Below are positions 38,068 through 49,275 of a stretch of DNA of 64,000 bases, piece after piece. The notes beneath the pieces are model-generated. The model searched no databases and was not told where the DNA came from. It was given only the letters and a program-made list of their open reading frames with translations. Position 1 is the first letter of the stretch, and the number at the start of each line of letters is the position of its first letter. The stretch is from Narcine bancroftii (lineage: Eukaryota), in contig NC_091472.1 of NCBI RefSeq assembly GCF_036971445.1, positions 129,084,001 through 129,148,000 on the forward strand. The letters run 5' to 3'. The position numbers and the translations under genes were made by a program.

Positions 38068-41000
38068 ATTTAATTACCAAAACAAAAGCCATGGAAACTC
38101 AGCATTCAGGACAAGGCAGCAACGATCAGGAAGATACCTGGTCATCCAGCCCACACACAGTGGAGTCGACCCAGTCATGTGGTCCCCTGGGGTCTGCATC
38201 ATCTCTGCAGCAGGTAATGGGAGGTTTGCCAGCCGACTGTGCTCACGATTGAACCCAGGGATCCCAACGCAGATGTTACCTTTGAGAGGTGGCTGCATGA
38301 GATGCAGACGTTCATGTGCTGCCACAACCTAAGGGATGCTGAAGATAAGTACGATATCCTGTTTGCATTCATGGGCAATCGGGCGTTTCAAATAATTAGA
38401 GACTGCTGAACATACGATGAGGTGACGGCCCTGCTGCAGAAGCAGTATGGGACCCTTACAAACCTAATATTCGCGAAGTACAAATTAATGATCTGGCGTC
38501 AAGGCTCTGGGGAACCCTTCGCACAGTTCGCGTGGGCATTGAGAGAAATGATTAGAGCCTGCAGGTGTACTGCGGTGAGTATGCCGATGAGCTGATGCGG
38601 GACAGACTGCTGACAAACATGCTATCAACCCAGGTCTGTCAAAGACTCCTGGAAAAAGGTAACTGCACATTGCAAGAAGTACTGGACTTGAGGGAGGTGA
38701 CAGAGACTGCAGTGCAAAGCTATGAGGCTTACACCGCCGGCGGTCTGGCATCCACATGGGGAACGAGGGTGCCGCCACGTTGAGGTATGGCACCGTCAGC
38801 AGCGGTGGCCGCAGCCAGCAAGTGCGGGTTCTGACCAGGCACCCCTGGAAGTCCTACCCGGCCAGGAACGCAGGGTGCTCAAATTGCAAAAAGAAAGGAC
38901 ACTATGTGAAAGTGTTCCGGGGGCAGCCCACTACCAGCAGTACCACATGCAATCCGAGGGATGGGTCACTATCTTTGGGGGAGCGGTCACCAAGACGACA
39001 ATCACTAACATCTCTTCTGGCTTCTGATCAGCGATCGCTAACTTCACCTCCGGTCACAGCCATGTGCAAGAACTGGGGGCAGGCATCTTCTGAGGTGCCA
39101 AGTCCAACATATTACCGACAGGAATGGTACAATGGTGACCGAATTGGACCTAACTCTGGCCTCCCTGATGCTAGATCAAAACAAGCCTCACCAGCTAGTT
39201 CGATTCGATGATGAACATTAAGGTAAACGGTTGCATCACGGGTTGTTCGTTTGACACGGAGCACCGAAAGTTTTATCCACCCGGACTTAATAAAGCGCTG
39301 TGCACAGAAGATGTCTCCAGAAAAGTGCCAAATATCCCTGGCATCTAAAGCCCAGTCCACAAAGGTGTGTGGGTACTGACTGGTAAACGTAAGGGTGCGG
39401 GGCAGGGAGTACAGGGATTTCAAAATCATGGTGATGCCCAAACTCTGCGCACTGGTTATCTTGGGGTTAGACTTCCAGTGTCAGCTGGAAAGAGTAATGA
39501 TGCAGTTTGACGGTCTGCACACCTCGATCACAGTGCAGAATGAGGAATTCAGCTCAGCCAATGAGAGTAAGCTGGGCAATATGTGTGGATTGTCCACCCT
39601 TCGGGTCCCTCTGCCTCTGCTATTCGAGCACTTATCAGAGAATTGCAGACCTATGGCTGCCAAAAACAGGAGATATCGCCCAGAGGACAGATGTTTCATT
39701 AAAACATTAGAGGCTGTTGGCCAAAGGCATCATGGAGCCCAGCAATAGCTCCTGGTGATCTCAGGTGTTGGTGTGGGGGGGGGGGGGGGGTGTTGGGAGA
39801 AGAACCGGATGGTAATAGACTTCAGCCAGAATGTGAATAGATTTACGTTACTGGATGCCTACCCCCTACCCAGAATCGCCGACATGGGGTCAATATAGGG
39901 TCTTCTCCACCATAGTCCTTAAGTCGGCACACCATCAGATCCCAACCCACCCAGAGCACAGGCCCTATATGCCTTTTGAAGCCGATGGCCGACTATCAGT
40001 TACCAGTTACGCAGGGTGCCATTTGGTCTGACGAATGGGGTATTGGTGTTCCAAAGGGAGATGGGCTGCATGGTGGACGATCACAAGCTAAAGGGAACGT
40101 TCCCATATTTGGATAACGTCACCAAATGTGGCCATGACATGGAGGAACACGATACGAATCTAAGGGAATTCCTCGCCACAGCAAAAACCCTAAACCTGAC
40201 GTATAATCAGAAGAAGTGTACGTTCCGCACTTCACAGCTGGCGATACTAGGATACATGGTGGAGGGAGGGATCATGTCCCCGGACCCCGAGAGAATGTGC
40301 CTCCTTAGGGAACTACCATTGCCCCAGAACCTGAAAGCCCTGAAAAGGTGCCTCAGATTCTTTTCCTATTATGCCCAATGGGTCCTCAATTACATAGTCA
40401 AGGCTCGGCCATGAAGACAACAAACTTTCTCCCATCAGTGGAACCTTGTAAAGCCTTCGAGGGCATCAAGGATGAGATTGCCAAGGTGGCGATGCATGCC
40501 ATTGATGAATCCATCCTATTCCAAGTGGAAAGTGATGCCTCTGATGTTGCCCTAGCAGCCACGCTGAATCAGGCAGGCAGGCCAGTGGCATTTTTTTTAG
40601 AACACCCAAGGGCCCAGAACTCAGGCACTTGGCCATTGAGAAAAAGGCCCAGGCTAAAGTGGAAGCTGTGTGCCACTGGAGGCATTATTTGGCTGGTAGA
40701 CAATTTACCCTGCTGACAGACCAGAGGGGCGTTGTATTTATGTTTAATAACAAACAGCGGGGTAAAATAAAAAAATAAGATTAGGGAGTGGAGAATTGAA
40801 CTCTCCATGTACAATTTTGAGATCCTATACCGGCCTGGGAAGCTTAATGAGCTACCCAATGTTCTGTCCCGGGGAACATGCATCAGCGCACAAGTGAATT
40901 GTCTGGAGCTTTGACAAGCTCTGCCACCCCAGGGTCACAAGGCTGTCTCACTTTGTGAGGGCTAGAAATTTACCCTACTCAGTTGAGATTTGGGAACTGT

Positions 41001-42169
41001 GCCACAACTGCTCGGTGTGTGCTGAATGCAAGCCGCATTTTTACAGACCGGATAGAGCCCAACTGATTAAGGAAACCTGTCCCTTCGAACGTCTTAGTAT
41101 GGACTTCAAGGGTCCCCTCCCATCCAATAACAGGAATCTCAACTTCCTGAATATAGTGGATGAGTATTCCCGGTTCCCGTTTGTTATCCCTTGTCTGGAC
41201 ATGACTGCAGCCACGGTCATCAAGGCACTCCAGACCATATTCACGATGTTTGGATATCCCAGCTACATACACAATGACAGGGGTTCCTCCTTCATGAGTC
41301 AGGAGCTGCAACAGTACCTACAGGCAGTGGGGATAGCCATGAACAGAACTACTAGCCACAACCCCCGCAGGAATGGGCAAGTGGAGAGGGAGAACGGTAC
41401 AATCTGGAGACCAATTCTGTTGCCCTCACGTAAAAAGGGATCCCTGTCTCCCAGTGGCAAGAGGTACTACTGGAAATGCTGCTTGCTACCAGGTCCCTGC
41501 TGTGCATGGCTACAAATACCATCACCCAAGAGATACTCTTCTTCTCCTAGGAGGTCAGCATCCGGAACCACTATGCCAATCTGGCTAACGACACCAGGGC
41601 TGGTATTTCTTCACAGACATATTAGACCCCACAAGACAGATCCCCTGGTGGAATGAGTGCATCTGGTACATGCAAACCCACAATATGCATTTGTGCGGTA
41701 CCACGATGGGAGGAGGACATGGTGTCAGTACAAGACCTGACCCGTGCAGGGTACACTAATACTGATCAGGTAATCCCAGAAGAACCAGATGGTCAATTGA
41801 CACAGCACCCATCCACATCCCAGGGTTTTGATGTATTCTCTCCACCACCCCCCCCCCTCACCCAGTACCAGTCAAGCACTGGCGGCAGTCAATCCCACAG
41901 AGATCTCGCCAGCAAGGAATCCACCCCAACAGGAAGCGAAGGGCTCTGTAACCAAAATTCCACCGACATAGGTACACAGTCCTGTGAGTTCAACACGGGA
42001 ACAACAGGGGCCTCGCCCAGCACCTCAGAAGTCATAGCGGATCACGAGACCACTGGACGAGCTGAACCTGTGATGAACACTATGAACAATGTATATATGT
42101 AATAAAGTACAGTATATGCTCCACGTCGCCACATCACCCTGCCGGGTTTTATCTCAAAGAAGGGGTGAA

Positions 42170-42399
42170 TGTGGTGAAAGGCATTTGCATAGATGTATGG
42201 ACTGGCCAGTCCGAACCTCCCTGACCTTCCCTAACTCCTCCCTGGAATTCCCAATAAAGGCTGGCAAACCCAGACTTGCCCCCTCTTGCTCCTGTACCTG
42301 GAACCTGGCTAAGTCGTGCATCAGTAATGATCAGGTTTTTTGGTAATTAAAGCATTTTAATCACTCCATCATGTTGATGTGATTATTGTGTGTTCCACA
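42170..42399 (+). repeat. 3' LTR (230 bp)
   Basis: Direct repeat of 37828-38067, preceded by the PPT and followed by the TSD. Confidence 0.95.
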
Positions 42400-42445
42400 T
42401 ATCCTTTTGGATGAATGGTTGTCACAACTCCCCTTTCCTTGTGTA

Positions 42446-42606
42446 GGGGAAACAAAATAAGTGACTTCCATGATGCTACCAAAACCTAGGCATAGGTCAG
42501 TCAAAATGACCATCAACTTGGTCATGGGGAAACAAAATAAGTGACTTCCATGATGCTACCAAAACCTCGGCATAGGTCAGTCAAAATGACCATCAACTTG
42601 GTCATG
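42446..42606. repeat. Tandem duplication, 2 x 80 bp
   Basis: ggggaaacaaaataagtgacttcc...caacttggtcat repeated with one mismatch (cctagg/cctcgg). Confidence 0.95.
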
Positions 42607-44428
42607 ATTTGATGCAGCTATTCTGTTTCCTTTACCCAGATATGGGTCAATCAAAGTGACCTTTCCTTTGGTCATGATGGTTCACTAATTTCCCTGGCAG
42701 GGAGAATCGGCCGAATTGTCCATTTCACACAGTCTTTGCACCTCGGTGTTGATCAGATGCTGGTGGTCAATAATGAAATCCTGTTTCTTTAAATGTCCCA
42801 CTCACATGGCTCTCACCACCTGTTTTTTTCTGGGTAATCAACCATTGTTCTTTCTCTTCCTCCAGAGTATCAACTTTGTTTATAGTCAGCACTTGATAGT
42901 GCCATCCAGTCTCACCACAACTGAATGGTTGCAGCCTGGATGAACCCTTAAAGTGACAGTCATACTAAATGAATCTCTGGAGATTGAGAACAAGTATTAG
43001 TAAGAGATTACTGGGAGAATAAAGAAACACAAGTCCATGTTCACATTTAGTACTAGTGGGGAACAAGATACGGAAATGACACATCGACCAGTTAAAGAGC
43101 AATCGAGCACCTCATTTCTGTTCTGATTGTGAATGATCCCCCGAAGTTCCATTTTGGGCACAATCTGACTATGATGCCCCTGAGATAATCCCGGTACCAG
43201 TTGTGGAGACACCTTCATTGAGAGCTGCAGAGGAGCAAGATGCTGGACAAATACAACCAGTAGTGCCAGGCAGCAAGAACTTATCTGCTCCAGAAATAGT
43301 GAAAAGTTGTACCTCGATTCAGTGTTCTTCATCCCCGAGAAGATCCAAGAGAGAAAAACATCATCCAGAGCATCTAAAAGAGTATGTGGAGTGACTTAAA
43401 GACTTTATTTAGTACATATGGGCTGTGACTTAAAGACTTTGTATGTTTCCAGTTAATACATTTTAAGTTAGATAGCGTGATATCTATAGTTACCATTAGT
43501 GGAAGTTATGCTTTAAATGAACTTTATACTTCACCAGTAAGCACAAAACTTTTTTGGAGGGGGAAGTGTTACGGGAACATGCGTGTGCGTGTGACATCAT
43601 ACATCAGAGTAAAGATGCTTACTGCTTCTTTGGAGTGAGGTTATTTAAAAGGGGAAAATACACACCACCTTCCACGTTCCTTTACTGTTATGTTTCATTG
43701 ATACTTCAGAAGAAGAGCATTGTCCATTTTGTTCTGCATACCAAAGGTCTTGCACCAAATATGCTTTTAGTCTGGCAAAGGGGCAACCATCTTATAGCGG
43801 CCTGCATTTCTTCAAATAAGCAAAGTGAACCTCTTTTCCAATGTCCAGACCTGCTGCTGTCAGGAGGGACTTTCTTGTACTCATTGCAATATGGTATTTT
43901 GGCAGAATACTTCCTCTGATTTTTTTCAAGCACTGGTGCAATGCGAGCTCAGTAGCCAAGTCATCTAATTGGATGATTTATTAATGCCTTTAGTGAAAAC
44001 AGTCTCCACGAAGTATCTGGTCAATTTTATTTCCCCTCGGATGCTGCTGGGCCGACTGAGCAATTTTTCTTTACTGCTGCAGATTCCGACATCCTTTGTA
44101 TCGTATCCACCCGTTTCGGGTGAGTGCACCCAACACCCTCCTGTGGGACCCTCCCAGGAAGAAGGTATGCCAATTCACTTTGGTCTCGGCGTCGCAACCC
44201 TGCGCTTCCAGCAAACCTGGACTCTGTGGAGAGCTGCCAACTGCAGATGGCCATGGGCTTCGTGGAAGCAGAGCTCGAGCTCCAGCGGGACAGCTCCCAA
44301 CGCCTGTCCAAACCCTTCAACCACCGCCTTGCGGGGGGGGGGGGGAGAGACGTCACGCTTCCTTTCAATGAAGGGTCCATTATTTTTTCCCATTGCCCGA
44401 ATCCTCCCCCGTGCACATTTAAATAACA

Positions 44429-44669
44429 GACCGCGCGTGCCGCCACCCGGCCGTTGGCCGCCGCGTGCTCGGGCCTCGTGCTGAGGTGACGCAGTTCCAG
44501 CTCGGGGACCGCGCGTGCCGCCACCCGGCCGTTGGCCGCCGCGTGCTCGGGCCTCGTGCTGAGGTGACGCAGTTCCAGCTCGGGGACCGCGCGTGCCGCC
44601 ACCCGGCCGTTGGCCGCCGCGTGCTCGGGCCTCGTGCTGAGGTGACGCAGTTCCAGCTCGGGGACCGCG
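44429..44669. repeat. GC-rich tandem repeat, 3 x 78 bp plus 7 nt, in a CpG island
   Basis: Unit gaccgcgcgtgccgccacccggccgttggccgccgcgtgctcgggcctcgtgctgaggtgacgcagttccagctcggg starts at 44429, 44507 and 44585; copies appear identical. Confidence 0.97.
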
Positions 44670-44779
44670 ACGGCCGTGGGCGCGGCGAGAGCTTTCGCGC
44701 TGCGCAGTCGGTGAGACCAACTGTCCGGTGTTTTATTTATTATTTTTTATATATCAGTTGTTGTGCCATCTTTTCGAGA

Positions 44780-45038
44780 ATGAGCGAGGCAAACTCGTTT
44801 GCGTTAACCATTTGGCTTGTGGATGGGAGCCGAGTCACGGTGAAGGCGAGGCCGAGCGACACGGTGGAGGACGTGAAAGTGAGTGTGATCGGGGAGATTG
44901 AAAGGAGCACCTCGCACCGGGGGCGTTGGACCCCCGAGGGGGTGAATCTTTTTTCTCGTCAGCTGCCACTGGCGGATGACGACACGGTCGCAGAGTGTGG
45001 ACTTGGACCAGAATCTGTCGTTGTTCAACAAACCAAAA
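44780..45038 (+). CDS. Probable first coding exon of an unidentified gene encoding an N-terminal ubiquitin-like (beta-grasp) domain
   Basis: MSEANSFALTIWLVDGSRVTVKARPSDTVEDVK...VNLFSRQLPLADDDTVAECGLGPESVVVQQTK aligns with ubiquitin [25 protein letters not shown]...LEDGRTLSDYNIQKESTL. It lies in a CpG island and ends at donor AAA A|gtatgt (phase 1); unspliced, the frame stops at 45085. Confidence 0.72.
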
Positions 45039-46132
45039 GTATGTCCATATTTAATTGTTTCTCCACGTTATGGGGGTGGGGCTAGAGTTATGGGATAGTC
45101 CATTACAGGTTCATAAGGTTAAAAAGACACCCACTGGTGTTTTTCTAGCTACAATAAATGATTAATGAAGTGCAGTGGAACTCGGACTCCTATTATTCAT
45201 CAGGTCAGATACAATTTGCTGTTATTGTAATAAAACAGAAATGCAATATTCAGTCTCCCTTAAGGCAGAGATCCCGTTAGGGTTTTGCAGTCAGAGGAAG
45301 AGCAGCAAAAGCCACTCCCGCAGAGTCCCTGGCTGGGTGATTCGCCTCCAGTGTGCCCACAGCCTTTGCAGCAGCACGAGACTTCCGCTTAGCTCAAGCC
45401 ACCGGCCAACTTGAGCCCAGATCCAAGCCTCCTGCTCGACAATGAAGCCTTCAGTGTCCAGGGCCCTATGGGACCCTTTCTTGCCCACACCATCCTCTCG
45501 AATCCAGGTTCCGACGTCTGATTCTCATGAGCCAGCCTGATGCGAGTCCTTTGATCTCGAGTGACCAGCAGCCTTGCTTGCCTCGCTAGCAGCTGTGCAC
45601 ATCCTCGAGTTCGAGACCCCCCTCATTAATCCACCATCATGGTTACTGTCCTAAGGATGGTCTCCTCCCGTCGGAGGGAGAACCCAAAGACTTCCATGTG
45701 AATGTTGGAGGTCTGATAAGTTTGCAAATGATATATGAAAGTTGGTGATATTTTGGGTAGCAAAGCTGCAGCAGGACATGAAATTTTAATCCTGACAATT
45801 GCAAAGTTGTGAACTTTGTAAAAACAAATGGGTGTCTTCCATATATAATAAATGGCAGGGTGCCAAGGTGTGTTGATAAACAGACCATAGTTTCCTGAAA
45901 GTAGTGCTACAGTTAAAAAGTATGGTGAAGGGGGCATATGATGTAATTACTATCATAGGTCTGGGCATGAAATCGAAAAATTGGGATGTTAAATTCACCA
46001 TCTCTCCTGAGAATGGCGTGAACTTGATCTGAGATGTATATGAAAATATACCTGTAATATATGCCATTAAGGAGAGTGCAAAGGACATTCATCAGAATAT
46101 TTCCTGGGTTGGAGTAATTTAATTATGAAGAG

Positions 46133-47252
46133 GTTTTTAAAATTTTAAAATATTTTTCACACTATGAACCATATTAACCAAAATGCACACAAACATTTCC
46201 TTCTTGAATATACACAGTGTCATTTTCTCCCCTTTTTCCCCCTTCCCTCCTTCCCACCCCCCTCCCTACCCACTCAACATTCAACATATACAATAAACCC
46301 ATTAAACAATGTCCTCACACAATTAAAATATACAAGAAAATTGTGTCATCTACTTTTACACACTGGGTCAGTTCATTTCGTCGTCTTCTCATTCTATCAT
46401 TTTAGGGGGTGGAGGTCCGCGGTAGGCCCACTCTGTTGTGTTCCATGTATGGTTCCCAAATTTGTTCGAATACTGTGACTTTATTTTTTAAATTACGTGT
46501 TATTTTTTCCAATGGAATGCATTTATTAATTTCTATGTATCATTGCTGTACTCTCAGGCTTCTGATTTCCAAGTTGACATTATACATTTTTTTGCTCCAG
46601 CTAAGGCTATCATAATAAATCTTATTTCTGCTTCATCCAGTTTGAGGCCTAATTCTTTAGTACTTGTATTACTTAGAAGAAAGATCTCTGGATTTTTTGG
46701 TATGTTGCTTTTTGTGATTTTATTTAATACCTGATTTGGATCTTCCCAAAATTTTTCCACTTTCTCACATGCCCAAATTGCATGTACTGTTGTTCCCGTT
46801 TCCTTCTTACAGCAAAAACATCTATCTGATACTGTTGGGTCCCATTTATTTAACGTTGGGGGCGTGATCTATATCCTGTATAACCAATTGTATTGTATCA
46901 TGCGTAACCTCGTGTTTATTGTGTTTCCCATAGTTCCGGAGCATAGTTTTTCCCATTTTTCATTTTTTAATCCTTGTTTAGATCTTGTTCCCACTTTTGT
47001 TTGGGTTTACAGCTTATTTCATCATTCTCTTTCTCTTGCAGTTTGATGTACATGTTTGTTATAAATCTTTTAATTATCATTCTGTCTGTAATCACATATT
47101 CAAAGCTGCTTCCTTCTGGTAACCTCAGCCTGCTTCCCAATTTGTCCTTTAAGTAGGTTTTCAGTTCGTGGTATGCAAACATTGTACTGTAAGTTATACC
47201 ATATCTGTACTTCATTTGTTCAAAAGATAAATTATTTCCCAAAAAACAATTG
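46133..47252 (-). mobile_element. L1/Tx1-like LINE 3' fragment (same family as 62469-64000)
   Basis: KNPEIFLLSN, LRLPEGSSFEYVITD; TSD ATTATGAAGAG at 46122-46132 and 47253-47263. Confidence 0.9.
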
Positions 47253-47539
47253 ATTATGAAGAGAGGTTTGTTTTCCATGGAGCAAAAGAAGAATGACCTC
47301 ATTAAGATCTTTTTCTTATGGTGGTGCTGTCAAAAAGTTTTAAAAAAAAGATTGTTGGTTTCAGATCAGAGGAACGTGTTTTAAAGGAGATTTGAGGGGA
47401 AGGCTTTCTAAACAGAATGGTTGATATCTGGTATTCCTTACCAGATTAGGTAGTAGAGTCAGATACAATCACTATATTTAAGAGATGTTCAGATAAATGC
47501 TTGTATAGGCGAGGAATTGCAGGATTATGGCCTCGGTGG

Positions 47540-48345
47540 ACTGCTGGCACTATGATTGAAGGACCTACATGGGCTGGGCACTACTAGAGACTTGGCTTAA
47601 GGGCACCTGGTGTCAGAACCTGGATTTGAGAGGCAGTTGAAAGGAAAAAGGGCTCCTGAAGGACCTCTGGCACTGAAGGCTTTCTATAGTTGAGAGGACC
47701 GATGAGAGGTTCTGTAGAAGAGATTGAGTATCCTGGATGGTATGTTGCCTTCCTGTCCAAGATATCTCAGATCAAGTTCATGCCATTCTCAAGAGAGATG
47801 GTGAGCATGTAGGGACCACTGCTGTGGTAGGAAGCTGCAAGGAGAGTTCAGGGAGTTTGGAGCTTGGTTAAAGGATAGGTCCTGCAGAGTTTGTGATCTC
47901 AGGATTGCTACCCGTGTCACATGCTAGTGAGATTAGAAATAGGAAGATAATGCAGCTTAACACGAGGCTTGAGACATGGTGCAGGAGGGTGGCCTTCAAG
48001 TTGCTAGATCACTAGGTTCCCTTCCAGGGAAGGTGGAACCTGTTCCGATGGAACCGTTTTCACCTGAACTGAAGGGGGACTAATATCGTTGTGGCAATGT
48101 TTGCGAGTGCTGCTCTGGGTGGTTTAAACTAGATTTACAGAGGCATGGGAACCACAGTGCCAGAGTAGATAGGGGAATGGAGTGGGAAACAGATGAAGTG
48201 AAGATTGCATGTAATGGCAGAAGTCAAACGGTTGTACGTGATGGCAGTTTTCTCAGGTGCATATATTTCAACGTAAGACATATTGTAGGAAAGACAGCAA
48301 GCTTAGAGTGTGAATTGGCACATGGAATTATGACATTGTGACCAT
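47540..48345 (+). mobile_element. CR1-type LINE 5' region remnant (ORF1 into the start of ORF2)
   Basis: gtgatctcaggattgctacccgtg, cacctgaactgaagggggactaatatc and tgcatatatttcaacgtaaga blocks resemble CR1 ORF1/ORF2 junction sequence. Confidence 0.6.
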
Positions 48346-49275
48346 CATGTGGTATTTACTTGGGAGTCGGACTTCTACATAACCATTATTCACTTCCTGG
48401 CTACCGCCAAGGCGACTTTCACGAACTGAATTTTATATTTGAACAGTTGAAAACTCTCATTTCCAATATCTTTCAAAATACACAACTCCAGATATTGTGG
48501 AAAATCCACTTTTGTAATTTTTTTCAGAATGTTTCCCAGTTCTTCCCAGAAGGGTCTCACCTTTATACATAGCCAGGTGGAGTGGACAAGGGTCCAATCT
48601 CTACACCACACCTAGAGCACGTTTCTGAAATTTCTGGCTTTGATTAATTTTTGTGGTATGAGGTTCAGCTGGAGGAAAAAGTTATTGCATCAACCTGTAT
48701 CTGGCATTAATGACCCCATTTACACTGTCCAGACTCAGGTCTTGCTACCACTCTTCATTGATTGTTGTGCCCAATTCCAACTCCCATCTCTCCCTGACCT
48801 GTGTAAGCCTGGCTTCAGTCCCTCACTTTGGTCTATGTAATATATCTGAGAAATAAATTTGCACACGTTCCTTTGTTGAATTAAAATCTCCACATTATTT
48901 GACCTAGGCAGGGTCATAGATGGTCCTAATTTTTCCCCTTTAAAAAAATCTAATTTGCAGATGGCAGATCACATTTGGTTCTCAACTGCTTGAATGACAC
49001 TAGTTTCCTTTATTTGTAACAATCCTTGATACATCTGATCTCCTTCTGGCACCAGGTGTCAAGCATCTTATTACCTAGAGTCAAAGGCATTTTAGGAGAA
49101 TTCCCCACCTTCCATTCAATACATTGATTTAATTTTTGCCATATCTGAAGAATATGCTTTAGTATGGGGTTATCTATTTTATTTAAAATTAATTTGGTGT
49201 CCTATTTGTATACAAATTCTCCTGCCATCTTTTCACCTATTGCATCTAGTCCAATTTATGCCCAGGAGGAGTTGA
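48346..49275 (-). mobile_element. Old L1/Tx1-like ORF2 C-terminal fragment
   Basis: TLVHSTWLCIKVRPFWEEL...VALAVARK, homologous to ORF 50803-51471. Confidence 0.75.

Larger units (their letters stand above)
37828..42399 (+). mobile_element. Full-length but decayed Ty3/Gypsy LTR retrotransposon (gag-PR-RT-RH-IN)
   Basis: LTRs 37828-38067 and 42170-42399 (TG...CA); TSD TATCC (37823-37827 and 42400-42404); PPT AAAGAAGGGGTGAA; gag Zn-knuckle remnant CSNCKKKGH; RT PFGLTN...YLDN; RNase H ESDASD; integrase CSVCAECKP...DFKGPLP...VDEYSRF...HNDRG...NGQVER. Many frameshifts and stops. Confidence 0.96.
37536..42960 (-). mobile_element. Probable antisense LTR-like insertion (37536-37827 plus 42405-~42960), split by the younger Gypsy element
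   Basis: Begins TGTTAG, has AATAAA on the minus strand near its left end, non-coding, unrelated to either Gypsy element. Right end and TSD not resolved. Confidence 0.35.
37337..43667 (+). mobile_element. Old, internally deleted Gypsy element with short LTRs (37337-37463 and 43567-43667), host of nested insertions
   Basis: Two diverged homologous LTRs (TGTTAYGGGAA...GTGAGGTTATTT...AAAAT.CACA.CA); TGG-type PBS TGGCAACGAGGAT at 37467; pol-tail-like PRRSKREKHHPEHLKEYVE* ending at 43394; polypurine tract GGAGGGGGAAG before the 3' LTR; flanks CTTTC/CCTTC. Confidence 0.7.

Noticed and set aside
44429-44669. CRISPR-like array
   Set aside because: Head-to-tail identical units with no unique spacers, in a eukaryotic context with no cas genes.
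43969-44720. Several overlapping 170-190 aa ORFs around the CpG island
   Set aside because: Explained by high GC content and the 78-bp (multiple of three) repeat; no recognisable domain.
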